Shown here piece by piece: positions 19,891-28,772 of a stretch of 64,000 bases of DNA. The notes below the pieces were generated by a model, which did not search any database, had not been told where the DNA came from, and was given only the letters and a program-made list of their open reading frames with translations. Location of the stretch: assembly GCA_016280895.1 (NCBI GenBank), contig JAEEHM010000060.1, positions 2,338 through 66,337 of the forward strand, in the 5' to 3' direction. Position 1 is the first letter of the stretch; each line of letters opens with the position of its first letter. This DNA is from Bacillota bacterium. Its GTDB lineage: Bacteria > Bacillota_I > Bacilli_A > ML615J-28 > CAG-698. A program made the position numbers and the translations under genes.

Positions 19891-19911
19891 ACAAAATAAA
19901 GGAGAATTTAA

Positions 19912-20772
19912 ATGGCATTATACAAAAATAATAACAATACACCTGAGTTAATAGCAGGCGGAACTAATTATGCAGAATGTCCAATTGGTACAATTCTTCC
20001 TTTTGGTGGTTCTGTAGCGCCCGCTGGTTGGTTTTTATGTCAAGGTCAAGCAATTAGTAGAACAATATATTCTGATTTATATTCTGTGATAGGTACTAGT
20101 TATGGTGTTGGTGATGGTTCAACTACATTTAATTTACCTGATGCTAGAGAAGTTGCTTTAGTTGGTGCTGGAACAAATACGCTCAATGCGAGCAGTATTA
20201 CAAATCATAACGCAATAAATCTAGGAGCTTTTCAAGACGACCAATTACAAGAACATAATCATTATAGATTTTCAAATACAAATGGTGGGTCATACTCTGG
20301 AGCAGGAGGAACAGGGTTTTGGACTCCTACTAGCACATCTAACGATTATGGGCAAGTAACGGGAAATATTTATACAGGACGCAAAGGCACAACAACACAT
20401 GGAAAGCAGCTAGGCGTTAATTATATTATTAAAGCTAAATTAATTGGGGTTCCTACTGATTTTATTGAAACTAGGGATAAATGCGAAACTGTAATAACTG
20501 TTACACAAATGAACGTTGCAAAATCAATAGATATAAGTAGTTATAGTTTTTTGGTTATTTCTGTAATTATAAATAGTGGAATTAGAGTTGGGACAATTAC
20601 TATTCCAACATCGTTTTTATCCAGTACAAGAGTTTTTGAAATAGGAATGTATGAAAGTTCATCAATTAATACTGCTTGTTCAATATATATAAGTTCAACT
20701 GAAATAAGAGTTCCTAATCATATTACTACGGGTTGGACTTTTAGCGGTGTAGAAGTATTAGGAATAAAATAA
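19912..20772 (+). CDS. tail fibre protein with phage tail-collar domain
   Basis: PIGTILPFGGSVAPAGWFLCQGQAISRTIYSDLYSVIG...TTFNLPD is a textbook tail-collar (PF07484-type) pattern. Confidence 0.8.
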   Translation: MALYKNNNNTPELIAGGTNYAECPIGTILPFGGSVAPAGWFLCQGQAISRTIYSDLYSVIGTSYGVGDGSTTFNLPDAREVALVGAGTNTLNASSITNHNAINLGAFQDDQLQEHNHYRFSNTNGGSYSGAGGTGFWTPTSTSNDYGQVTGNIYTGRKGTTTHGKQLGVNYIIKAKLIGVPTDFIETRDKCETVITVTQMNVAKSIDISSYSFLVISVIINSGIRVGTITIPTSFLSSTRVFEIGMYESSSINTACSIYISSTEIRVPNHITTGWTFSGVEVLGIK

Positions 20773-20885
20773 TGTTGGAACATAAGTAATGTGACTAAAA
20801 TTCATTGTGGCTATGTAAATATGGTTACAGGAGGTAATCTAACACGGCATTGCTATTATAGATAAAAATTTTAGGAGGATTATAA

Positions 20886-21122
20886 ATGAAATATTTTGTA
20901 TTAGAATCTGCTATTGTTGATGGCTCACAAGCTAATGCATTAACAGTTAAAGATGATTTTAATGAGGCTCGTATGCTTTTTCATCAAATTAGAGCGGCTG
21001 CATTAGCTAATTTAAATGTAACATATGCTATTTCTATGATAATCGATGATGAAGGAAGGGTTTATGAATCTGAATATCATGGAACTACGCAAATAGATGA
21101 AGATATTCAACAAGAAGGTTAA
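20886..21122 (+). CDS. hypothetical protein
   Basis: 78-aa ORF with TAGGAGGA SD, between fibre genes. Confidence 0.4.
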   Translation: MKYFVLESAIVDGSQANALTVKDDFNEARMLFHQIRAAALANLNVTYAISMIIDDEGRVYESEYHGTTQIDEDIQQEG

Positions 21123-21161
21123 TTTTTTATAGATTTAAAAGAATAACTTAAAGAAAGGAGC

Positions 21162-21977
21162 GTGATATCTTTGGGTTTTCATGAAAATTTATTTGAATCA
21201 TTTCAAAATTTTAAGACTGTTTATTTAGATGGTTTGTCAGCAAGTGTTTTAGAAGTTGCAAATATAACAAATTCACTTAGTACTGAAAATTCAACTCAAG
21301 AATCACAGATTACTAGTTTATCCACTAGTGCATCTGAGATAGCAAGTACAGTATCTTCTATGTCGACAACTCAAAGCACTGTTGATAGCACTCAAAATAG
21401 TTCACTATCTTCTCTTTCTACTGCAAGTAGTGAACTATCAAGCGAGGTTGCCGTCATTAGTTCAGAGGTTGCAACAAAGCAAGATGAGCTAACAGCCGGT
21501 ACTGGAATAAGTATTACAAATAACGTAATTTCTGCTAACGCAGGAATTAGTTTGACTAAAGTACAAACTCTCCCAACACAAGATATTTCAACTACTACTA
21601 TTTATTTAGTGCCGGCATCAAGCGCAGGCACAGACAATGTTTATATTGAATATGTCTATGTAAATAATGCATGGGAAATTATTGGAAGTACTGCTATAGA
21701 TTTAACAGATTACTACACTTCTTCTGAGGTCAGTAGTCTTCTTACTTCTATGGCAACTTCTCAAAGTACTGTCGATAGTACTCAGACAAGTGAGCTTACA
21801 AGTTTGTCAACTGCTGAAAGTGAACTTTTTAGTGAATATAATGTTCTTTCTAGTGAGGTGGCTGAAAAGCAGGATGAGCTTACAGCGGGTGAAGGTATTT
21901 CTATAGATGAATTTAACGTTATTAAATCAACAGGTGCAGTTATATATGCTAATGCCCTGTTTCCAAGTGGAAGTTAG
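21162..21977 (+). CDS. tail fibre protein (paralog family A, GTG start)
   Basis: GTG follows AAAGGAG. Contains two copies of the Ser/Thr coiled module and the LTKVQTLPTQDISTTTIYLVP...YVYVNNAWEIIGSTAIDLTDYY module. Confidence 0.6.
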   Translation: MISLGFHENLFESFQNFKTVYLDGLSASVLEVANITNSLSTENSTQESQITSLSTSASEIASTVSSMSTTQSTVDSTQNSSLSSLSTASSELSSEVAVISSEVATKQDELTAGTGISITNNVISANAGISLTKVQTLPTQDISTTTIYLVPASSAGTDNVYIEYVYVNNAWEIIGSTAIDLTDYYTSSEVSSLLTSMATSQSTVDSTQTSELTSLSTAESELFSEYNVLSSEVAEKQDELTAGEGISIDEFNVIKSTGAVIYANALFPSGS

Positions 21978-21992
21978 AAAGGGGTGGTTTAA

Positions 21993-23870
21993 TTGGCAAC
22001 TAATGAATATACAAATGTTGCGGAACTTATAAAGGATTATTATGATGCGCCCGTTGGTTCATATTTGAATAAATCAATAAATATTAACAATGTTACTTTA
22101 ACATGTGATGTTTATAGGGTGGCAAATAATACTGTTTTAACATCATCTGTTTTTACAGGTTGTACTGGAAATGATGCAAATACACAGATAATTATAGGTA
22201 ACAATATGTCTGTTGCAAGTGGAACTACGCTTACTCCACCATATAGATGTAAGGGTATTTTTATTGGTGATGTTGGTACTTTTACTAATAGTGGAACTAT
22301 CTCAATGACAGCTCGTGGTGCCAAAGGTGCAGGCAAAAACATCAAATTAACTAATAGTTATTCAATTAGTGCTAATGGTGGTTCGGGTGGTGCAAGCGTT
22401 ACTGCTATAAAACAGAATGGTAATAATGGTTCTTCTCCTTCTAGTGGAATTTTATCTTGTGGAGGCGGAGGTTCTGGTTCTGTTTCTACTAATAATCCCG
22501 GAGGTGGTTCTTTTAGTAAAACATCAGGTGCCGGTTCTGCTGGAACTTCCTTTTCAGGCGGTTCCGGTGGTGGTGGAACAGGTTGGCATGGTTATGGAAC
22601 TGGAAACCAAGAAGCTACTAGTGCATCATCTAATGGTGGTGCTGGTGGTTCCGGTGGTGCAGGTTATCAATCTAATGTAGGCGGCACTGGTGTTGCTTCG
22701 GGTGGCGCAGGAAATCCTGCTGGTGAAGATTATTTACCAAGAACAGGCTCTTCGGGTCTTCCTTCATTTATAAATAATTCTCCTAATGGAACGGGAGGAT
22801 TAATAGTTATTTTAGCAAGCAAAATAGTATCTTCGGGAAATATAACAGCTAAGGGAAGTCAGGCTAATTCTATTCAAACTGCGAGTACATCTTATGATAA
22901 TGTTAGGTATGGTGTGGGTGGCTCTTCTGGTGGAGGTTGTATAGTTCTTTTATCTAGAGAGGCAAACATAACAGGAACTAATTCTGTAGCAGGCGGTATT
23001 AGCGGAACATCTAAAGGAACTACCGGTGGCGCAGGTGGTGCAGGTGTGTATGCTTCGTATATAGTTGATGACCTAATCTTGGCAAATCTACCAGTTGAGA
23101 TTGCTATTTCAGATACAAATCACCTCGATAATATCGAGCCATCAGAAGGTGTACGTTTACTTGGTATGATGGATGATGATGAATTGTATTATGAAATTAT
23201 GGGTACTCGTCATAGTTCGGGTTCAGGACATATATTAGAAGATGAAGAAGGAACTGCGCTTACAAAGCGTAAAGCTCTTGCTATTAACTCCCCTCTTACT
23301 GTTGAAGATGATTCTGTTAATGAAAAAACTGATTTAGGTGTTGATACAGATGCAGATTTAAGTTCATTTCCTATTCCACAAGGCGAAGCTGGAACAAGAG
23401 GTGTTCCTGTAGGAGCGGTTATTAATTTTTTTGGTGATAGTGCGCCTGATGGATATTTAGCATGTGATGGTGCTGAATATAATAAAGCTGATTACATCGC
23501 CTTATCTGCTCATCTTGCAACATTATCTACTGCAAGTCAATATGTAGGTTCAACTTCTGATAAGTTTAAAGTACCTGACTTACGAGGTGAATTTTTAAGA
23601 GGTACAGGAACTAATGGACATACTAATCAAGGTAATGGAGCGTCCGTAGGTAGCCATCAGGACGCTACTGTAATACCAACTGTTGATAAAGATTTAAATT
23701 CAAATTGGGTAAATATAAAAAAGGGTTCTGTAGATAATATGGATAAAACTTTTAGTGGTAGTCAAACTGCATTACATACTGGTGCAGGTGGACAATGGAG
23801 TAGTTCTGATATATATGCTTACTCTACTCGCCCTACTAATACGTCTGTTATGTATTGCATTAAATATTAA
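21993..23870 (+). CDS. large tail fibre / receptor-binding protein: Gly-rich domain plus tail-collar domain (TTG start)
   Basis: TTG follows AGGGGTGG. Long GGSGG/GGAGG tracts (about nt 22380-23050). The C-terminal PVGAVINFFGDSAPDGYLACDG...FKVPDLRGEFLRGTGTNGHT matches a collar domain. Confidence 0.75.
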   Translation: MATNEYTNVAELIKDYYDAPVGSYLNKSININNVTLTCDVYRVANNTVLTSSVFTGCTGNDANTQIIIGNNMSVASGTTLTPPYRCKGIFIGDVGTFTNSGTISMTARGAKGAGKNIKLTNSYSISANGGSGGASVTAIKQNGNNGSSPSSGILSCGGGGSGSVSTNNPGGGSFSKTSGAGSAGTSFSGGSGGGGTGWHGYGTGNQEATSASSNGGAGGSGGAGYQSNVGGTGVASGGAGNPAGEDYLPRTGSSGLPSFINNSPNGTGGLIVILASKIVSSGNITAKGSQANSIQTASTSYDNVRYGVGGSSGGGCIVLLSREANITGTNSVAGGISGTSKGTTGGAGGAGVYASYIVDDLILANLPVEIAISDTNHLDNIEPSEGVRLLGMMDDDELYYEIMGTRHSSGSGHILEDEEGTALTKRKALAINSPLTVEDDSVNEKTDLGVDTDADLSSFPIPQGEAGTRGVPVGAVINFFGDSAPDGYLACDGAEYNKADYIALSAHLATLSTASQYVGSTSDKFKVPDLRGEFLRGTGTNGHTNQGNGASVGSHQDATVIPTVDKDLNSNWVNIKKGSVDNMDKTFSGSQTALHTGAGGQWSSSDIYAYSTRPTNTSVMYCIKY

Positions 23871-23940
23871 TACTTTATACAGTACATAACACTTGTCATG
23901 CTCCTGAATTATTGTTAAAAACATTTATTTTTAAAAATTA

Positions 23941-23965
23941 AATATAACTATGCTAAGGCTATCGT
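23941..23965 (+). repeat. direct repeat copy 1 (AATATAACTATGCTAAGGCTATCGT)
   Basis: 25-nt exact match to 25293-25317. Similarity extends about 13 nt further upstream with a few mismatches. Confidence 0.9.
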
Positions 23966-23999
23966 TTGGTAGCTTTTTTTGTTAGAAAGGAGAATTTTA

Positions 24000-25034
24000 A
24001 TGGCTAATGATTCAGTTATTACTCAGCAAAAGCTGAAAGAATATCATGAAACCTATGTCTATCCATTTTTGAATGGTATATCAACAAAAGGCGACCAAGC
24101 ATTTGTGCCATGTGGTAAGATTGAAGGATTTATGCGTACTACTGCGCCAAAAGGTTATCTTGTTTGTGATGGCACAGAATATTTAAAATCCGCATACCCA
24201 TCTCTTGCTGCCCTACTTGCCTCTGTTGATACAGCCCAAAGTACAACTAATTTTGCAGGTAGTGATTCAGACCACTTTAAAGTACCTGATTTAAGAGGTG
24301 AGTTTTTACGTGGTACGGGCACTAATGGACATACAGACCAAGGAAGCGGTGATGATGTTGGCGTACATCAAGATGCTTCTGAAATTGCTCCAATTAATAC
24401 TACTGGAAATAATAAAATATCAATTAGAAAAGATTCTTCTTTGGACTGGGGTATTCAAAATCAAGATTCTAATAAAAACGTTGTAAGTGGTTATACTATA
24501 TCTGCAACAGCTTCATCTTCGAGTTTGTCTAATGCTTTTGCGTATAATACTGTTCGTCCTACAAACACCTCAGTACTCTACTGTATAGCGTACCAAGACT
24601 TGTATCTTACACCAGGACATACTTATAGTACAGATGAGCATGTTGTGGGTACATGGATTGACGGAAAAGTTTTGTATGAAAAAACCATTTTTTTAAATTT
24701 ACCAACATGGACTAGTGGAACACCCGATTATTCAACAAATGCCACAACTAATACGCCTATAGGCGCATTAATTGATGATGTTGCTGATTTAAGAATAAAA
24801 ATGAAAGAACATAATGGTAGTCAATCTTGGTTTTCTAGCCAATACGGTTTTGCTAATTCGATAACAACTTCAAATACACCAGTTAATACCTTTCGTTGTT
24901 CTGTAATTGACAATAATTCATCTAATCAAGATACAAAAAATACTATATATTTAGGTATTAATAATGCAAGTTATTGTAGCGGAACTTACGATTTTTATGC
25001 TACTGTTCAATATACAAAAGTTACCAATAGCTAA
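24000..25034 (+). CDS. tail fibre / receptor-binding protein with tail-collar domain
   Basis: ATG at 24000 follows AAAGGAG. VPCGKIEGFMRTTAPKGYLVCDG...FKVPDLRGEFLRGTGTNGHT is nearly identical in motif to 21993-23870; the C-terminal half is divergent. Confidence 0.8.
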   Translation: MANDSVITQQKLKEYHETYVYPFLNGISTKGDQAFVPCGKIEGFMRTTAPKGYLVCDGTEYLKSAYPSLAALLASVDTAQSTTNFAGSDSDHFKVPDLRGEFLRGTGTNGHTDQGSGDDVGVHQDASEIAPINTTGNNKISIRKDSSLDWGIQNQDSNKNVVSGYTISATASSSSLSNAFAYNTVRPTNTSVLYCIAYQDLYLTPGHTYSTDEHVVGTWIDGKVLYEKTIFLNLPTWTSGTPDYSTNATTNTPIGALIDDVADLRIKMKEHNGSQSWFSSQYGFANSITTSNTPVNTFRCSVIDNNSSNQDTKNTIYLGINNASYCSGTYDFYATVQYTKVTNS

Positions 25035-25232
25035 TTAAGACGCTTTAGTATAACGAATAGTTAATGCACTTATATGAACAAATCCAACATCACTATATAC
25101 TTCGAGATTATTGGAAGAGCCAACTCTTAAAGATATTGGCAAATCTATTCTTGGCGTTTCATTCATTCTGCATATTTCAAAGCTAGTTAAGGTTTCAATT
25201 GATGCAACAAAAGCATCTGTTGTAACTGTTGT
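25035..25232 (-). pseudogene. possible remnant of a tail-fibre C-terminus (no start codon, convergent with 24000-25034)
   Basis: 65 in-frame codons on the minus strand ending ...HISALTIRYTKAS*. The stop abuts the + strand stop, and the end resembles ...ATVQYTKVTNS* of the neighbouring fibre. Weak similarity only. Confidence 0.25.
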
Positions 25233-25292
25233 TCATGCATTTGCAGTAGCTACAACTTTAGTATTTAGAAAAATGGTTTTTTTAAAAAATTT

Positions 25293-25317
25293 AATATAAC
25301 TATGCTAAGGCTATCGT
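25293..25317 (+). repeat. direct repeat copy 2
   Basis: Exact 25-nt copy of 23941-23965. Confidence 0.9.
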
Positions 25318-25361
25318 GAGGTGAGTTTCTTAGAGGTGCAGGAACTAACGGACACACTAAT
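25318..25361 (+). pseudogene. 44-nt fragment of a tail-collar fibre gene (encodes GEFLRGAGTNGHTN)
   Basis: GAGGTGAGTTTCTTAGAGGTGCAGGAACTAACGGACACACTAAT parallels nt 24297-24340 and 23583-23626 with synonymous-type differences. No ORF context on either side. Confidence 0.7.
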
Positions 25362-25490
25362 TTAATTTTGGTGCTTGCAAAAGTTAAATGACTTAAAATA
25401 TTAATTGCGTTCTATACCTTATAAAACCCCCTTTTATAAAAATTTTTATGATATTATATTTTAAGTAACAGCCAAAATTTATATAAATTT

Positions 25491-25554
25491 ATTTTAATAA
25501 AATTGATAATTTAATAAAAATTATTTTAATAAAATCGATAATTTAATAAAAATT
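25491..25554. repeat. tandem 32-bp repeat (2 copies), with four TTTAATAAAA sub-sites
   Basis: ATTTTAATAAAAT(T/C)GATAATTTAATAAAAATT x2. TTTAATAAAA occurs at 25493, 25510, 25525 and 25542. Confidence 0.8.
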
Positions 25555-25852
25555 ATTTGTCAAATTTTATTACTCGAACATTATATCACATAAATATTGC
25601 ATACTAATAGACGAGTTCATATTATCGAGTAAGTGTTCTGTACAAACTTGACAATCAGTATAGTTTTTAGCAAATTGGTTAAAATCAACATTGTAAATAT
25701 ATTTTGATTTCAATACAATAAATGAAAATTTTATAACTTTTAAAATACTCTTCTATTATCTTTAAATGAAAAACAAGTGAATATTTAAGGATTATATGGA
25801 GAGTTTTCTAAGATAAAATATAGTTATAAAATAAAGAAATGGAGACAATGTT

Positions 25853-26071
25853 GTGAAATCAATAGGCAGATATATCGAATGTCAGCTCAATATTTTTAGA
25901 AATGAGTGTAACTTTTCCGATGAAGAATTAGAGTTTTTCAATTTAAAAGCGAAGGATTTAACTATTGTTGAAATCTGTCAAGAAATGAACATTTCTAGGA
26001 CTAAATATTATTCTTTAAGAGATAAAGTACTAGATAAAATGTTTGAAGTTGATAAGGTTTATAAAATATAA
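25853..26071 (+). CDS. small sigma-70 region-4-like / HTH transcription regulator (GTG start)
   Basis: LTIVEICQEMNISRTKYYSLRDKVLDKM looks like a region-4 HTH. GGAGA lies 7 nt upstream of the GTG. First gene after an approx. 0.8-kb non-coding gap. Confidence 0.5.
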   Translation: MKSIGRYIECQLNIFRNECNFSDEELEFFNLKAKDLTIVEICQEMNISRTKYYSLRDKVLDKMFEVDKVYKI

Positions 26072-26212
26072 AAGTAAAAAAATAAATTTTAAATAAGATA
26101 ATTACAATACTAAAAAGTGTAATCTTAGATATATAAACAGAATTTACGACATTATAAAGCGCCATATAATTTACTCAAAGAAAGAAATTTGTTTAGTACG
26201 GAGTAAATTATT

Positions 26213-26596
26213 ATGGCGTTTGTATTTTATAACTTAAACCCTGATGATTTAAGAGTTGGGGATTGTGTTGTAAGAGCAATTTCAAAAGTTGAGGGAATGG
26301 ATTGGTATGACACTTACATTGAGATAACTTCTCAAGGAATGGAAATGAGTGACATGCCCGATTCAAACCGTGTTTGGATGGCATACTTAAAGGATATTGG
26401 ATACAAGATTACTCTTCTACCTAATGATTGTCCTAATTGTTATACAATTGAGGATTTTACTAAAGACCATCCAAAGGGAAAATTTTTAGTTGCTACCGGA
26501 AGTCATATAGTTGCTGTAATTGATGGAAATTATTATGACACATGGGATTCAGGCGCAGAGATTCCAATTTATTACTTTGTAAAGGAGAGCGACTGA
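26213..26596 (+). CDS. hypothetical protein, possible papain-fold Cys/His peptidase-like
   Basis: GDCVVRAIS (Cys) ... GSHIVAVIDGNYYDTWDS (His/Asp) spacing recalls small cysteine peptidase folds. Unverified. Confidence 0.3.
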   Translation: MAFVFYNLNPDDLRVGDCVVRAISKVEGMDWYDTYIEITSQGMEMSDMPDSNRVWMAYLKDIGYKITLLPNDCPNCYTIEDFTKDHPKGKFLVATGSHIVAVIDGNYYDTWDSGAEIPIYYFVKESD

Positions 26597-27096
26597 TGGC
26601 TGTTTATAATCCTATGTTTCAAAATTATGGCAATCCATATCCTATTAATCAGCAAATTATGAATCAAACTTCTCAGTTTCAGATTCAAAATGGTGGCTTT
26701 ATATCTGTTGCATCGGAAGAAGATGCAAGAAGATATCCTGTTGCGCCGGGTAATTCAGTAACGTTTAAAAATGAGAATGCTCCGTATGTATACACAAAAA
26801 CAATGGGCTTTTCTCAATTAGATAGACCTTTGTTTGAAAAATTTAGGTTGGTCAAAGAAGAAGATATAAAGGCTTGTGACGAAGAAAGAAATGATGATGC
26901 TTCTAATGATGAGCCTATTACATATCTTGTGCAAGAAGATTTAGACCCACTGGTAAAGGACATTAAAAATATTCAGACCAAAATCAAAGAAATTGATTCC
27001 GTCCTTGAAGGGCTTAAATCTTCTTGCGAATCTTCTGTTAAACAAACTACTGAAACAAAAGCAACTAGTAAAACGGCTTCAAAAGGTGGTAAATAA
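26596..27096 (+). CDS. hypothetical protein
   Basis: ATG at 26596 overlaps the previous TGA (ATGA-type coupling) after AAAGGAGAG. The ORF-track start at 26542 is unlikely. Confidence 0.45.
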   Translation: MAVYNPMFQNYGNPYPINQQIMNQTSQFQIQNGGFISVASEEDARRYPVAPGNSVTFKNENAPYVYTKTMGFSQLDRPLFEKFRLVKEEDIKACDEERNDDASNDEPITYLVQEDLDPLVKDIKNIQTKIKEIDSVLEGLKSSCESSVKQTTETKATSKTASKGGK

Positions 27097-27098
27097 AA

Positions 27099-27332
27099 AT
27101 GTTTGATTTTATGGGTTTTACAAAGTTTATACAAAATCCAATGGAATTTTGTATGAATAAAATAGGTATTCCAAATGGTGCTATTAATTCTATAGACCAA
27201 ATTCCTCAATATTTGATGAATCAAGGAAAACTTACTCAGCAACAATATAACGATATTATTAAAGAGGCTAATCAATTGCAAAAGAACCCACAGTTTTTGC
27301 AATTTCTAAATAGATTTAATTCTCCACATTGA
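27099..27332 (+). CDS. hypothetical small protein
   Basis: 77-aa ORF starting 2 nt after the previous stop. Confidence 0.4.
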   Translation: MFDFMGFTKFIQNPMEFCMNKIGIPNGAINSIDQIPQYLMNQGKLTQQQYNDIIKEANQLQKNPQFLQFLNRFNSPH

Positions 27333-27427
27333 TACAACTTCGTGCGCACGAATTGTATATATACCGGCTAACAATAGGTGTTAGTCGCTAACCGTAATAG
27401 TTTAACGGTAGAAAGGAGGTAATCCGA

Positions 27428-28297
27428 ATGGGATTATCAGAGAATAACGCAACATCACCTCTAGTAATGCCTGTTTCACCTATGTATGGTGGTGGAGCCG
27501 GGGGTTTTGGTGGATTCGGTGGTGACTGGGGAAGTCTTATTGTTTTATTCTTAATTGCTGCTATGTTCGGTGGATTTGGCGGCGGATTTGGTGGCTTTGG
27601 CGGTGGAGCTAATGCCCTTGGATATGATTTCCCATGGCTTTTAAACGGTCAGCAGAATATCAACTCTAATACAAACAACGGATTCCGTGATGCTATGATT
27701 AACGACGGAATCAATTCAGTTCAAGCTAGTCTTAATGGAATTTCCACACAGTTATGTAACGGTTTTGCCGGTGTAGAGCAAGGTGCAAATACTCGTCAGA
27801 TTGCAAATATGCAGACGGCTTTTGCTAATCAGGCTGCAATGTCTCAGGGCTTCGCAGATGTGGCAAGTCAGCTTGCTAATTGTTGCTGTGAAAATCGTTT
27901 GGCAACTTGCCAGACACAGAATATCATTCAGAACGAGGGCAATCAGACACGTTTCGCTGATGCAAATAATACAAAAGATATTGTTCAAAGCGTTAGCACG
28001 ACAGGTCAGGCAATTCTCGACAAATTGTGTCAGCTTGAACTTGATGGAGTTAAAGCACAGGTTGACGCTAAGAATGACCGAATTGCTGAACTTCAGACAC
28101 AACTTAATATGGCAAATCTTAGAGAGTCTCAGACAGCTCAGAATGCGTTTATTGCACAGGGCTTAAATGATGAAGTAGACCAGCTCTATAATAGACTTTC
28201 TAATTGTCCAGTACCTACTACTCCTGTTTATGGACGTACACCTATCTTCACTTGCAACAATAATGGTTGCGGATGCGGATGTAGTGGACAGTTCTAA
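27428..28297 (+). CDS. Gly-Phe-repeat membrane protein with Q/N-rich coiled region and Cys-rich C-terminus
   Basis: A GGFGGFGG...LIVLFLIAAMF...GGFGGGFGGFGGG N-terminus, a CCC motif mid-protein and a C-terminal CNNNGCGCGCSGQF. AAAGGAGG SD. Confidence 0.55.
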   Translation: MGLSENNATSPLVMPVSPMYGGGAGGFGGFGGDWGSLIVLFLIAAMFGGFGGGFGGFGGGANALGYDFPWLLNGQQNINSNTNNGFRDAMINDGINSVQASLNGISTQLCNGFAGVEQGANTRQIANMQTAFANQAAMSQGFADVASQLANCCCENRLATCQTQNIIQNEGNQTRFADANNTKDIVQSVSTTGQAILDKLCQLELDGVKAQVDAKNDRIAELQTQLNMANLRESQTAQNAFIAQGLNDEVDQLYNRLSNCPVPTTPVYGRTPIFTCNNNGCGCGCSGQF

Positions 28298-28309
28298 GGG
28301 GGTGACATC

Positions 28310-28762
28310 ATGGCTGAATATATAGAGAATGCTGCTCAAAATGTAGCGCTTAATAATCCTATTATTTTTGACTCTTCTATTCCATGTAACCGTGGTTATG
28401 TATTACATAATGATGGTACAGGAGTTTTTATTCTTCGTGGTGTTACTAATAATTGTTTTGCTAGATATCAGGTTACTTACAATGGAAATATTTCAATTCC
28501 TGAAGGTGGTGCGGTTACTGCTATTGCAGTTGCCATATCAGAAAATGGCGAAACAAGACCAACAAGTGAGGCTATTTTTACTCCACAAGCAGTTAATGAG
28601 CAAGGAAATGTTACAAGTACTGCTATTATTACTGTTCCAAAAGGATGTTGTTTTAATATTGCAGTTCGTTATGTTGATGCGACAGCTAATGATGCCGCTG
28701 TAACTCCTACTCCTACTATTGTGGTAAGTAATTCTAACCTCGTAATAAACAGGATAGCTTAG
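28310..28762 (+). CDS. hypothetical protein, possible BclA-C/C1q-like jelly-roll
   Basis: 150 aa. GTGVFILRGVTNNCFARYQVTYNGNISIP resembles C-terminal domains of exosporium/C1q-like proteins (from memory). Confidence 0.35.
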   Translation: MAEYIENAAQNVALNNPIIFDSSIPCNRGYVLHNDGTGVFILRGVTNNCFARYQVTYNGNISIPEGGAVTAIAVAISENGETRPTSEAIFTPQAVNEQGNVTSTAIITVPKGCCFNIAVRYVDATANDAAVTPTPTIVVSNSNLVINRIA

Positions 28763-28772
28763 GAGGTATTAT

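Noticed and set aside
25111-25299. A 62-aa + strand ORF in the non-coding gap after the last fibre gene.
   Set aside because: It has a TTG start without an SD and lies antisense to the fibre-remnant frame. It runs straight into the direct-repeat element, so it is most likely fortuitous.
23928-25317. An invertible (Gin/Cin-type) fibre segment, suggested by convergent fibre C-termini.
   Set aside because: The flanking repeats are direct, not inverted. No serine invertase gene is present, and the minus-strand fragment has no start codon and an upstream in-frame stop.
21993-25361. A diversity-generating retroelement acting on the tail-collar fibres, suggested by repeated FKVPDLRGEFLRGTGTNGHT blocks and a stray 44-nt copy.
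   Set aside because: No reverse transcriptase is present anywhere in the window. The differences between copies are not adenine-specific, and the repeated block is in the conserved collar region rather than a C-terminal variable region.
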